NCBI GenBank assembly: GCA_973895155.1
Contig: OZ316892.1
Span: 26,993,233-27,057,232, forward strand
Length of the DNA: 64,000 nt
From: Marsupella aquatica
Lineage: Eukaryota; Plantae; Marchantiophyta
Direction of reading: 5' to 3'
Shown here: positions 1 through 11,900 of the stretch, in pieces
Position numbering within the stretch: position 1 is the stretch's first letter
How the letters are laid out: each line of letters begins with the position of its first letter
Made by a program: the position numbers and the translations under genes
Notes under the pieces: generated by a model
Told to the model about the DNA's origin: nothing
The model's input: only the letters and a program-made list of their open reading frames with translations
The model's database searches: none

Positions 1-357
1 TGTTCCACTCATATATCCCGTAGTTACTTATGAAGAAGAGTGGGTGTGTACTATCTATATTTTGTATTAGAAAGGATGGATTTGAATCAGGTCCTTAGTC
101 CAATCTTAAATTTGATGTCTTTCTTGAGTCTAAAGATTATTGTGCGAAGGAAGATAGCGTGTAGGGAAATCTTAATAAGAAAGTTTTGAGAAGAGTCGTA
201 TAATATTATAGTATCTTCATAAGAAGCTCTAATACTCTACGGGGATCATCCAAGGGGAACTTTAAGTATTTTTGTGCTTGTATAGTTTAGGTGAGTAGTC
301 ATATTTGCACAGGCAGCAAGGCCCAGTGCCTCTCGAGTAGTTTAAAACCCCAAGACA
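1..357 (+). repeat. 5' LTR (3' portion only; truncated by window start)
   Basis: Aligns with 18362-18715 with about 12 substitutions and 2 small indels (hand count, ~96% identity). Ends ...CCCCAAGACA. Confidence 0.95.
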
Positions 358-361
358 CAAT

Positions 362-379
362 TGGTGACCATACTGGGGA
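362..379 (+). promoter_or_regulatory. Primer-binding site TGGTGACCATACTGGGGA (tRNA-Arg-like type, tentative)
   Basis: TGG-initiated 18-mer 4 nt after the LTR end. Resembles the TGGCGACTC...CTGGGGA PBS of plant non-chromoviral gypsy elements (from memory). Confidence 0.75.
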
Positions 380-408
380 ATCTTGAGGCCTGTGCCTAAT
401 CTGATCAG

Positions 409-1052
409 TTGGAAGGAAGGTCCGTGATAGAAGAAATGGGAAACATGGAGGACATGCAAGAGATGTTTATGGCAATGATGAGAGCCATAAAGCAACAAGA
501 TGCAGAGGAGAACAATCAACGTGAGCACTTGAACCGTGTGTCAAAGTGTTTACATTCAATTTTATCTCGAAAGGAACGATTTGATGGGAAAATTGTAACA
601 AGGTACCTAAAGGAATCTTGGACGGAAGCCACAATTCATAAGCTAGATGGCAAGATTTTTGTGGAAGAGTTTTCAACATTGGTGGAGCCAAAACTCAAGG
701 GAGTAGTCAATAAGCTAGTAGGCGAGGGTGATTCATGGGAGAAGTTTGAGTTGCGAATGAAGGAAGAATTTCAAGCTGAAGATGCTGATCGAGTGACTCA
801 AGCAACATTCTTGGATTGGATAAGTGAGCGAAACAAAGGATTGGGGCCGCAAGAGTTGTTGCGTGAGTTCAATAGGAAGTTCAACCAGTTGTCTTCTGTT
901 GAAGCTCAGGTAATCAAGCTACAAAAGTCAACCTTGTTCTTGCGATCTGCTGATGAACTATTACAAGATGAGTTGGAGAATGCACTTGACTTGCTTGATC
1001 CTCAACGCTCTGAACAAGCAGTAGAGTGGGAGCAAGTGGAAAGGGCCGTCAT
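409..1052 (+). pseudogene. gag: gag, N-terminal part (interrupted by CACTA-1 at 1053)
   Basis: Retrotransposon gag-like ORF after the PBS. Removing 1053-11900 plus one CAT copy rejoins ...VERAV-MEVSQRRR in frame with ORF 11902. Confidence 0.88.
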
Positions 1053-1074
1053 CACTACTACATATTTGCCAATT

Positions 1075-1600
1075 TTGCGAAGGCGTTTTACAAGAGGAAG
1101 AAAGCTTTGCAAGATTAATCTCATCGCTAAACTTGCGATCCGATACGCATCGCACTTAGCGAATCTACACACATCGCAACACATAATTGCGAAACTTAGA
1201 CCATCGCAACATTTTACGATACTTCAGGTATCGCAAAACATTTCCGAAGCAATTACCATTGAACAAGTTAGCGATCTTTACCGCTTCGCAAATTCATTGA
1301 GATGCGCCGGAAAACTAAATGGTTGCGAATATTGAAGCATCTCAAAAGATTTTGCGAGTCTTATTATCTCGCAAATGAGCGATGTTTGTGGAATATATGG
1401 CTAACTTGCGATAGTAATAGGCTCGCAAATCCTGTGCCTGTCTAGGGTCTCATTTTGTGAATGTTTTGGTTTCGCAACTTTGAGATGGTGGTATCTTCGG
1501 AAGTTTGCGATGAGGGAATGATGGCAATTAGGGAGCAGTTAAGTATCGCAAATGTAGCGATGAGTTTGCGGGTGTAGGGGTTTCGCAAGATGTTTCGCAA
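1075..1600. repeat. CACTA-1 left subterminal repeat array (TCGCAA/TTGCGA motifs in both orientations)
   Basis: Dense (T)TGCGA/TCGCA(A) motifs in otherwise CpG-poor DNA. Confidence 0.85.
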
Positions 1601-1619
1601 AATATTATGAGCGCTTCAA

Positions 1620-2260
1620 AGAGGTGGAAAAGGAATGGGATTGGGGAGGGAGGGTAAAGGAGGGTGGATACATGTAATTTTTAGGGAGGGACAATGAAAA
1701 GGAGGAGGAAGGGAATGGGGCTAGGAGGGACAAGGAACGGAGGGATCCAAGAGGGAGGATACAGGTTTAGGGGGCACAAGGAAATGAGGGAGGAGGAAGG
1801 GTATGTAGATATAGTTTTAGGGAGGGTTTGGATTTAGGGAGTGAAAATAAAAAGGAGGGAGTTTAGGGTTTAGAGAAGGACAAGGAAAGGAGGGAGGGTA
1901 TTGGTTTAGAGAGGGACAAGGAAATGAGGGAGGTTTAAGGGTATAGGTTTAGGAGGGAGGAGAGAAGCTAGGTTGTATAGGTAAGAGTGGGGGACAGGGG
2001 TGGAAAGTAAGGAAAGTATAGGGTTGAAATAGAAAGCCAGGGGTTGGGACAAGGAGAGGAAGGAGGAAGGAGGGTTTAATAAGAGGGACAGACAATGAAA
2101 GAAAGGAGGAGGGAGGTGGGTACAAGTAATAAGGAGAACAGCTAGGGGGGGATTAGGAAAGCATGGAGGATAGAGGACTACAAGCAACATGAGTTTTCTT
2201 TGCATAAAGTCTACCAAAAGGTGTGGTGAGTGTGGGGTAGGGATGGGAGATATAGAAAAC
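1620..2260 (+). repeat. Purine (G/A)-rich low-complexity tract
   Basis: Degenerate GGAGGGAGG/GGACAAGGAA repeats downstream of the transposase stop. Confidence 0.7.
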
Positions 2261-2407
2261 AACATTTGAAAATGATATACTTACAAAACATAAGTTTATT
2301 GATAATTGAGAAGCACATATTTCTCCATTCTACCGAGAAGAGAAATCTTCATATCATCAAATCTAACTATATATCCGTGTAGCTATATATCCACAAACAC
2401 AGACCCC

Positions 2408-5400
2408 TCAAACTTGGTCCTCATCATCTTCAGGTTGGGACACAACCAGAATATCAGGCTTTTCCCCAACGATTGAACGAGACCGTGGCACATATGTGAT
2501 GACAAGTGACCATTCCTCTAGGTTTGGGGGGTATGGAATATAGAAACATTGTTCCACATGACTTGGAAAAGTGAACGGCTCTGATGTTTGCCAATGAGAT
2601 GGCTGGAAACTAGTGGCAGACGTCTTCAGTCGTGTAAATCCACACTCATCTTGAACCACAGTAGGATTGTTACCTGCAAGGTTCACTTTGAACCACTTGC
2701 ACTTGAAGACATACTCTTCAAACTTTGATTGTGCATCATAAGATATCACTAGAATCTCTTCTACCTTTCCATAATGTGGCACAACATCTCGAATAATATT
2801 TGTGTCATGGCGACTGCTGCGGGAATCTTGAGAGAATTGTCCTTGAACTCCACAATCAAAGGTACGACCCCTCTTCTCATCAAGGGAAGAAATCCTAAAA
2901 TCCATCAAACCATAAGGATATGTTACACAAAAATAGACACAAACATATTCCAATTAATTGAACACACCAAGAATCTGCCTCTTCAATATACGTGCTTGTA
3001 TTACAAATGAATTAAATTAAACCAAGTGATTCAAATCAAAGGTTACTAAGGTAGATGGAGATCACCTGAAATGTCTTCCTTGTGTCCACATTGTTGTCCT
3101 TGTTGTAACCACTCTCAAGGGACCATGAACAATGGTACGAACATCATCTGTGATAGCCGGAAAATGTAATACACTCTCTCCCCTGACCACCATGTCATCC
3201 ACCTCAACTAACTTCTCCTTCATATAGTCAAGGTACTTTGGAAAAATCCTTGGTCTTGTGCTGTTACTTTTGGCATCCTCATAGAAATCCCTCCATTCTT
3301 CCATGATAGTGCTGTTACTCAACATGAATGTGGTCAGTTGTTTCACCTCCACTGGTGTCAACATGCGAGTTTTCTTAGCACCTGTTAAACAATCCTCTTC
3401 ATCTTCCCTCTCCTCTACCCAAGTACGGGGAGAGGTACAATCAATTGTGGCCAATATGTTACTACAATAGAACATACTCTCAGCTGCTAAGTATCCTGTA
3501 GCCATGCTTCCCTCAACCAGTGCACGGTTACGTACATAACCTTTTAACACTGCCATGTATCGTTCTAGCCAATACATCCACCGACAATGCACAGGACCTG
3601 CAATGGCCACCTCATGAACAAGATGAACAAGTAAATGCACTTGACAGTCAAAAAAGGAAGGAGGAAGGGCCTTCTCCAACTTGCATACCACCTCTACTGC
3701 CAAAACCTCCATCCCAGGGATCTCATCAGTATATATCTCCTTACAGCATACCCATCTCAATAGTTTTCCCAATGACCAAAGGGCATCTTGCAATTCTTCA
3801 CTTGCCAAACCTATTATGGCCACAGGCAATATGTGCTGCAATAACCTATGGTAGTCATGTGTCTTGAGATACCTTGGCCACTTATGATTGTCCTCCATCC
3901 CAAAGGCCTTTCAGAGATTGGCACCATAACCAGTAGGAAACCGCATGTCTCCTATGCGATTCTGAAACTCCCTTCTCTGGCCAATAGGAAGCACCCATGG
4001 AGCTGAAGGTCGATGCTCGATCCCTGTGATAGGATCACTTATGACCCACACGTCTGGATGCATCTCAAGATCCTCACAAGCCTCCCTGAAGTTAGTGTCT
4101 TTCTCTCCATAGAAAGCCTTTATCAAAGCCTTTCCCACATTTCCCTCAATGTGCATGGGGTCTAATAGATGGCGGATCTTCAACTCACCCCAATAGGGCA
4201 AAGTGGTTAATATACTCCACCTTGTCAAGCCACTACCGTCAAATTGCATGGGATCCTTTGGGTCTGCCACTCTTGCAGCCATGTCTTTCCAGTGTGTAAA
4301 AGTTGTTGGCTCAGGTACATCACGCTCGTCACCAAAGGGCATATCAATAGAGGAAAATAGTAGTGGGTCACGCCTCATCTGATGTCCCACTGGAAGAAAC
4401 TTTGTATGCCCAAGATAAACAATCTTGCGAAGATGTGATGAATACTTGGCTACATCACCAAGGCTTGGGCCACAAGTGGAGCAAGCCTTGTAGCCTTGGG
4501 TTTGCAACCCACTCACAAAGCCAAATCCTGGTCATATAAACACACATTATGTTAGGATTAGCACATGGAAATGAGGGGATACTATGCATTAGAATATGAT
4601 GCATTTAAACAACAAAGTTCTTACCTGGGTAGTCATGCATGGTCCACATACAAACCCCTTTGAGTTTGAAAACCCGTGGGGTACCCCCTGTAGTCTTTCG
4701 ACCATCATATGCCCATACTCCTTCCCATAATATCTGGAGTTCCTGAACCAGTAATGTCAAATAGGTGTCCATGTTCTTCACCTTCTTTGGCCCTGGGATA
4801 ATCAAAGATAGCAACAAAAAACCCTTTTTCATGGACAACCATGGTGGAAGGTTGTAATTCATGAGAACCACAGGCCAGACCGATGTAGGTCTCCCCTTCC
4901 CTCCAAGTGAATGAGGGCTAACTCCATCTGATGCCAACCCCAGTCGCACATGCCGAGGGTCACGCTCAAAATCTGGCCATGTTGATTCCACATGTTTATG
5001 AGCAGGAGAGTCAACTGGTAATCGCATGACACCGGGCTCCGAACGATGTTTCTTGTGCCATACCATCAACTCGGCCAAGTCAGAACATCTATACATGTGC
5101 AACAAGCGAGGAATTATGGGGAACCAACGAACTGCTTTCCTTGGTACTTTCTGGGTTAGCATGTTTGGCTCATACCGTGGCTCATGACACACTGTGCATT
5201 CTGTGATATGGGCTGTATCCCCGTGAAATAACATGCAATCATTCACACAGGCATGAATAATATGGTAATCCATACCAATGGATGAGAGAACCTTCTTTGC
5301 ATCCTTCCAGGTCCCTGGCAACACATTCTCCGAGGGTAACATCAAGTCATGACAATATTCAAATATGTCTGATAACATAGAATTGCTTGTCTTGTGTTTG

Positions 5401-5801
5401 GCTTGAATGTTCAAGAGCCCCAATATGGCAGAAAGACGGCTCAACCGAGCACCCTCAAAAATAGGTGTTCGAGCATGTTCCTCTGCCTCTTTCCATTGTT
5501 GTTGTCCCTCTGGAGTATGTTGTGGCCGTGGGTCATTTGAAGGGCCAACCTCATGACCAATGTGAGGCACATCATCCTCAACATCGGCACCAAACCAATC
5601 AACCATGAAGTCATCCATGGCTCTATCTTGATCATGCATGACCTGGTCATCAGTCCGAGGTGCGGCTTCCTCATCAGCACCACCTACATCATTACTTGAT
5701 GAGGAATCACCCTCTGATGGTTCTCCCTCTTCTGGCATACCCATCTCCCGATATGTTGCTCTCAACCTTCGTGGTAACATTTGTTGAGATGGTTGCGCAT
5801 T
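2408..5801 (-). pseudogene. tnpD: CACTA-1 TnpD-like transposase (Transposase_21/DUF4218/DUF4216-type); predicted exons 5801-4625, 4527-3066, 2894-2408; one in-frame TGA at 3911-3913
   Basis: Motifs IHACVNDCMLF, LGLASDGVSP, YNLPPW, WTMHDYPG, LDPMHIEGNV, LKTHDYH, FFDCQVHLLVHL, WMYWLERYM, FKCKWF. GT-AG boundaries keep the frame. Confidence 0.93.
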
Positions 5802-6012
5802 CTATGCACATTACAACCAAAAAACCTCCTCATGTATATTTGACCAAGTACAACAAATTAAAATAGACTTAACACCATTCATTCAAGACATTAAGAATTA
5901 AAGTAAATGCATGGGCTAAAACCTTATTACTCCAAAATGAGCCCAAAGGCCATATATATAATAGTAAATGGGAAGTCCAAAATAGGTGCAAGAGGATAAA
6001 GGACATGATTTC

Positions 6013-6843
6013 CTAATCCCACTCATAGTGTGTGAATAACTCATCTCCTGCTCTAATGGTCCTAGTAGCAAGAACTAAGCAATGGTCCTTATGATATGTC
6101 GTGCCATATGGTGCCGGCATTGGACCATCAGTAAAAACCCACTCACAATTGGCCCTACGCTTGGGCCGAGTCCCCACAGTACTATTTATGAAACCAGCAA
6201 TATTCCCATTACGTATGGGATCACCATCTATCACCCGCTGCTCACTATACCTTCTAGTGCTACCATCAAAAGTATCCATCTCTAGAGCATATGTTTTCCA
6301 CTCAGGATGTTGTGCAAGGATCATGTTCCAATGTCTTCTCTTGTAGATGGGTCCACCGTATGGGAACAAAGTAGGACCCTCTCTACCACGAACACTTGAC
6401 CCACCCTCCTCATCCATGATGATATCCTCACAAGCAAATACTCCATATCCATGTCTCTCTCCAAGTGTGGAAGTTTTCACAATCCAACGTCTACCCCAAA
6501 CCACAATCTCCTCATCAAAATCTGTAAAATAAGGCAAGCCAAGAGTGATAGGTTCCCAATCCTTGATGATAGAGGCACACTTGCCAGTGAATGAACAAAC
6601 ACCCCACCTACCCTGAACTAGTGTTCTGGATGGGTCATTGGGTGCTCGTGGCCTCCTGTTGGATTGGGGCCTAGACCGGGGTCTTCGTGTCTCAGTGGGC
6701 ACATGAGGGTGTTCCCCTTCTGTCCCATGACTGGTACTAATTCCCAAACCCAAGGCTTGTGAAAGTGCATTGCCTATAGCATCTAAAACTCCTTGTGATG
6801 GGACATAGGGTGGTGGTGTCACCAATCTACGCATACTGGATCC
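6013..6843 (-). CDS. SET-domain protein exon (putative lysine methyltransferase) carried by CACTA-1
   Basis: Intact 273-aa ORF with SET motifs GYGVFA..DI, YGG, IDG...GNIAGFINS, ANC, LATRTIRAGDELFTHY. Acceptor AG at 6845-6844. Confidence 0.88.
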   Translation of the reverse strand, partial: GSSMRRLVTPPPYVPSQGVLDAIGNALSQALGLGISTSHGTEGEHPHVPTETRRPRSRPQSNRRPRAPNDPSRTLVQGRWGVCSFTGKCASIIKDWEPITLGLPYFTDFDEEIVVWGRRWIVKTSTLGERHGYGVFACEDIIMDEEGGSSVRGREGPTLFPYGGPIYKRRHWNMILAQHPEWKTYALEMDTFDGSTRRYSEQRVIDGDPIRNGNIAGFINSTVGTRPKRRANCEWVFTDGPMPAPYGTTYHKDHCLVLATRTIRAGDELFTHYEWD

Positions 6844-6954
6844 CTATTCCATGCAAACACCCACAAACAACCAAATGTGTAAACCATATGTGTAAACATT
6901 GATTCACCTCTAAAAATAACAGTAAAGCACGGCAATCAATTGAAACAAACTTAC

Positions 6955-7212
6955 CATATGGGATGAAGAAGCCCCGGGAGTAAGACCTCTATGATGTCCA
7001 TATCTCTCAATATGTTGAGCACACACATAAGATTTTTGAGAAATTTGGCCCACACATCTGGTGCAGTCACAAAGTCTTCGGGGTGGACCACGAGGACCAG
7101 TAACCTCGGGCTGAGGAGGAGGGGGTATATCGTTATCGGAGGAGTACTCACTACTGGATAGTTCAGAGGAAGAGGACATATCCACTGCCACATTACATTG
7201 CATGTAGGGCAT
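6955..7212 (-). CDS. First coding exon with transposase-associated CxCxxC...H zinc motif
   Basis: RLCDCTRC...CAQHIERYG matches the N-terminal motif of the other two CACTA transposases here (MYCSCMQC...QHLLKNG). Phase-0 donor ATG|GTAAGT at 6954. Confidence 0.75.
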
Positions 7213-7299
7213 GATTAGGAAAAATTAGGCCATATATAAAGCGATTTTAAAAAAAATGAACTCAAAAAACAATTAGGTTGGTTTATACATGGGGTTTTA

Positions 7300-8340
7300 T
7301 TACCCTTTTATATTTGTTAGCATGAAACCCAAATTAAGGTGAGTGTCATGCAAGAAGAAACCACATTATAACCTTTGGGAAAATTGTAATACCCTATGTC
7401 CTAAGTGAGGTTAGATTATTACCTGAATGAGACTCGGGCTCAACAGTGCCTATAGGTCACGTGGCTTTTGGAACATTTGCCAAATCTAGAAGTAGGAGGA
7501 AAATACTGGAAACAAAATGTAAGTTTGGATGGTAATTAGCAGCCGTCAAGTTGTGGAATCTTAGACATTTACCCACATATATCATAGCACAACAAAGAAG
7601 GGCAAGCATAAAAATCTGTACTAACAACATTGACTGTATACATGATGTTATACCTTTTAGATGCCCGGGTTCCCACAATGCATATGCATTAGACAAAAGT
7701 TGAGGTAGTAGTGTTGGCCCTGCGTTGTATCATGATTACATGGGTTTTCCCCTCAATTGTTAGCATAAAACCCTAAACCCTAAACCCTTATCCCCCCTCG
7801 AGTGAAAGGTGAGTGTCATGCAATAAAAACCCACCCTAGACCCCTGGGAAAACTCTAAAGGCCTAAGCCCAGAATGAAGTTGGACAATAATTACCTGAAT
7901 GAGATCCAGACTCAATAGTGCCTGTAGGTCGTGTGGCTCATTGAACATGAGCTGAATCTAGAAGCACGAGGAAAATACTGGAAACAAAAAAGTAAGTTTG
8001 GATAGCCATTAGCTTCTCTCAAGTTGTAGACCCCCAAACATGTGCATATAGATATTCTTGCACAACAAAGAAGGGCAAGGTTTATGAACAATCTCTTTAT
8101 CAAACCCTGCTAACATACATGTTTAAATATACCTTTTAGATGTCCGGGTTCCCACAATGCATATGCATTAGACAAAAGTTGAGGAAGCAGTGATGGTCCT
8201 GCACTGGATCATGATTACATGGGATTTCCCTCAATTGTTAGCATAAAAACCAAAACCTCATCCCGCTTCAAGTGAAAGGTGAGTGTCATGCAATAAAAAC
8301 CCACCATAGACCCTTGGGAACTCTAAAAGCGTAAGCCAAT
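7300..8340. repeat. ~470-bp tandem duplication (~2.2 copies) in the divergent promoter region of CACTA-1, with a telo-box (AAACCCT)x3 near 7768-7788
   Basis: GGTGAGTGTCATGCAA recurs at 7338, 7808 and 8278; blocks such as GGGTTCCCACAATGCATATGCATTAGACAAAAGTTGAGG occur twice. Confidence 0.85.
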
Positions 8341-9019
8341 GAAGTTAGCAAAAACCTAAATGGTCAATTCCCTTCAACCATCCTATGCTTCTCTCTACCA
8401 TAATTATATGCCACCCCTCTTGGTTACCCTCCTAAGATACCATAAAAGTAACCCAAGATACTATAAAACTGAAACCTCTCTTTCAAACCCTCCTAGCTCT
8501 CACCCTCCAATACATATAACCGCAACCTTCATAAATAAAACCCCCCTGCAAACCCAAAACATAAAACCCCTCGTATCTAAGCCAATCTAAGCCCAACCTT
8601 CACAAAAGAAACCCTCCCCTAACCAGGCCAAACCCCCTCCTCTTACCCTGCAATATAACTCCTTCAATTTTCTAACCCCCCCAATCCTTATCTCATCACA
8701 TCCCACTAAAATGCAACATAATCCTCTACATCTACCCCATTTAATGTTCATAAGCCCCCTTAGTATCCCTAACAACACATCAAATACGCATGCGAGACGG
8801 GGGTTATGGCAAAACCAAATAGCGAAGGCTTTTGCGAATCTTGAAGCTTCGCAAAGATAGAATTTGCGAAGCTTTTTGCGAAGGCCGATGCATCGCAAAC
8901 TGCGATGCGAAACGAATCGCAAAGCCCAATATTTTGAATCCTTATGGATTGCCGAGCGCGGACAAGGCGGATTCAGTTCATTCAGGCCTAAGGAGAGCAA
9001 CGAGGGCAAGGGCGGAGCG

Positions 9020-11112
9020 ATGGCGAGCGAAGAGGGGACTGGTGGTGATGGAGGAGCTTCTGGCAGCAGTGGAGGCAACCGAGGGGGGGGGGATCGATTG
9101 AAGGCGATTGTGGATGAGCATTTTTTGGTTGCACAGTTGAGTCAAATTGATTTCACCAGTCCAGCAGGGCTGGCATCATTGAGTGCCCTTCTGGGCCAAG
9201 CCTTGCAAGCAGGTCTCACTGCAGGGCAAGCAACAGTGGAGGAGGATGCAAGGAAGGCAGCAGAACAGGCGGCTGCTGAGAGGAAGCGAAAGAGGGAAGA
9301 GAGAGCTCAGGCTGGAGTGCTCTCGCCTCAAGCATTGGAAAAGAAGAGGAGGAAAGATGAGAGAGACCTGATCAGGAAACAGAGGGAGGAGCAAAGAAAG
9401 AAGGAGGCAGCAAGGAGGAAGCTGCCTCTGATTACTTTAGAGGATGAGGGGATTCCCACCGAGCTTGCTTACAATGGGGCCAAGAGCACAATCAGGCACA
9501 TTGTATCCACAAATTTTGCAAGAGGAGTCGAGTGGGGCACTCGCTCAAAGGCAGAGCAGAAGCGAGTCATCAATCAGGTGAAAGATGCATTTCAAAATGG
9601 AGGAGAGATGGATTCACAGTGACTTGCTGACAAAATTTCAAACTCCATGTCACAAGCTAGATACCATGATAGAATGAAGATCAGGTCTCACCTTAGAGAT
9701 TTGGAGGAGTATAGGAATTTGCAGAGGCCGCTGCAATTCTCAGAAGATATCTGGCAGGCCTTCTACCAGACAGAGGTGAAGTTGAAAGCAGCCAGGCTCC
9801 TCAATGATTTCACAGAGAAGCTGGCAAAGGCTCGAAGGGCAAAGGAGGCCGGGAAGTCTGACCGGGACCTAAAGGTGATGGAGCAGAAGGTAGCCCAGCT
9901 CCAGCAGGTTGTAGCAGAAGTAGGCGATCCACCCAACAAGTTCCTGAAGGCAGCTGAGCGAGTCCGAGACAAACCCAACATCACCCACAGGCTGGGTCAA
10001 GGTGGCCTCCCCGGCCTCAAAGCAGCATTCGTGAGTGCACCTCCCTCTCCTCCCTTGACTTCTTGCTACTCCAATTCCTATTCCAACACACCTGCAATGA
10101 GCCAACTCTTTCTTGCATTTCCACCAAGTAGTTACAATTAGACTTGTTGTGTCAGATTAGGTCACGTACAGTTGCTTCCCTCTCGGGTTTTTGCCATGAC
10201 AGAGTTTGCGATACATTTGCGATGCGGGTAGCTTCGCAAATCCTTCGCAAACCTTATTATGCCCTTTTTTTGCTTATGTTTGCGAAGGCGTTGCGAAGAC
10301 GTTCGCATCGCAACCAGCTTCGCAAACGTAATTGTCCTTATGATTGCGAAGCTGGCGCCTTCGCAAAATTTCAAAAATTTGAATTTTTAAATTTTCCGAT
10401 CGTTTAAGTGTTCTTTGAGGGTCTTCCCCATATATGCCACCCTCCATAACCCCAAAACCTTGATGCACCACCCCACCAGCCCCAACAAACCCCCTAATTT
10501 TTAGAAGCCATGTGAATCGGGTTATGGGTTGGTGTTAACCCAATTGTGCTGGTTTTGTTTTGGCTTAGTACAAGAGGTACAAGAGGAAGATTATGGCGGC
10601 TGAGATGGAGGTGGGCCAGAAACATGGGAAGGAGCATCTCTTTCAGCAAGTTGATGAATTATTGGTGAGAATTTTTAGGTTATTACATTCATTGCAATTT
10701 TGAATGAATATCTCTTTTGTTCACACTTGTAAAGAATATGAGACTAACAGACACCCTGGTTTGCTAATGGAAGCAAGGAGGGGAGGATGGTGACTCCCAT
10801 ACCGAGGGTGGCACCGATAGTAGTGATGAGGATGTGGAGGGGACAGGGGAGGGGAGCACAGCTCCTGCTACTCAAGCTAGGCCAACTAGCACTAGAGACC
10901 AGTCATTTGCATCAGCACATTCCAGTGGTGCTGGGGGTGGTAGCGCGGCAAGCCAGGGCGGTGGAGGTGGGGATGAGGATGAGGATGAGGGTGACCCCGA
11001 GGGTGACCAAGAGGAGGAGGAAGTCCAGGTTGCACCCCCCCCAAGAGCACACAAGGGCAAGGAGAAGGCCAAGGGGAAGAAGGCAAGGAGGGGCAGGAAC
11101 ACTCCTTTCTAG
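9020..11112 (+). pseudogene. CACTA-1 ORF2 / TnpA-like protein, multi-exon, divergent from the transposase; premature TGA at 9620-9622
   Basis: ORFs 8864-9622 and 9647-10141 are in the same frame across one TGA. THRLGQGG motif resembles Transposase_24-type proteins. Donor GTGAGT at 10031; acidic/basic tail 10834-11112. Confidence 0.65.
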
Positions 11113-11364
11113 CTCGATGTAGACAAGTTGTAGCTAGAGCACTTACATCGAGTTCACATGTATAGCGATCAGCATGCATGGCCGTGGCACTTTACCTAAG
11201 GGTTTTTACCCTTCCATTTTGTAACTTTTGTACTTTTTCAGTAATGCCATTTTAATTGCGGCAGACTGGGTCAACATCACTTTCCTCCCTCCTTCAAAAC
11301 CCATGAATGGTCTCCCTCACCCTCACCCTAACCCAAATACACAAAAACCCATGAAATATACATT

Positions 11365-11880
11365 TTGCGAAGCTTTTGAGAACCAACCCCCATCTCAAAG
11401 AGCCACGGTGAACGTATCGCAACCATTCCGAGGAGAAACGCATCGCAACACTTGCGATGTTGTCTAAATCACAACCCTAGCGAAGACTTACTCTCCACAC
11501 GTTTGCGAGTTAAATGCCTTCGCAACAAAGCGGTCATCCGCTTCTCGCAATCTTACGAGTTTGTTTGCATCGCAAGTTATAGAGAAATTTAACATCGGAA
11601 ATTGCGATGTAAATGTTATCGCAACGCGAGCGATTCATTTGTTCTCGCAAAATAATGAAATTTGTCATTTCTCAATATTTGCAAGGACAGTGCCGTCGCA
11701 ACGTTGCGGAGATGTTGCGACGTATTTAGAATCGCAAGTTGTGAAGTAGTTGCGAAGGGCCGTTTGCGAAGAATTTGAGATGGGAAGTAGCGAAGACGTT
11801 GCGATGCGAGTAAGTTTGCAAATTGGGTATTTTGGATTTTGTTTCCTTTGTATGATGCGAAGGGTGGTGGTTCGCAAAAG
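11365..11880. repeat. CACTA-1 right subterminal TCGCA/TGCGA array
   Basis: Same motif as 1075-1600, directly before the right TIR. Confidence 0.85.
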
Positions 11881-11900
11881 AGGTGCATAGTGTTGTAGTG

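Larger units (their letters stand above)
1053..11900. mobile_element. CACTA (En/Spm) DNA transposon 'CACTA-1', both ends present, 10,848 bp
   Basis: Starts CACTACTACA and ends TGTTGTAGTG (rc CACTACAACA). 3-bp TSD CAT at 1050-1052 and 11901-11903. TCGCA/TGCGA subterminal repeats at both ends; En/Spm transposase inside. Confidence 0.97.

Noticed and set aside
1053-1335. C-terminal third of the 308-aa ORF 409-1335 as real protein
   Set aside because: Read-through into the CACTA-1 TIR and subterminal repeats; the true gag continues at 11901.
7768-7788. Telomere or interstitial telomeric array
   Set aside because: Only about three AAACCCT units; telo-box scale.
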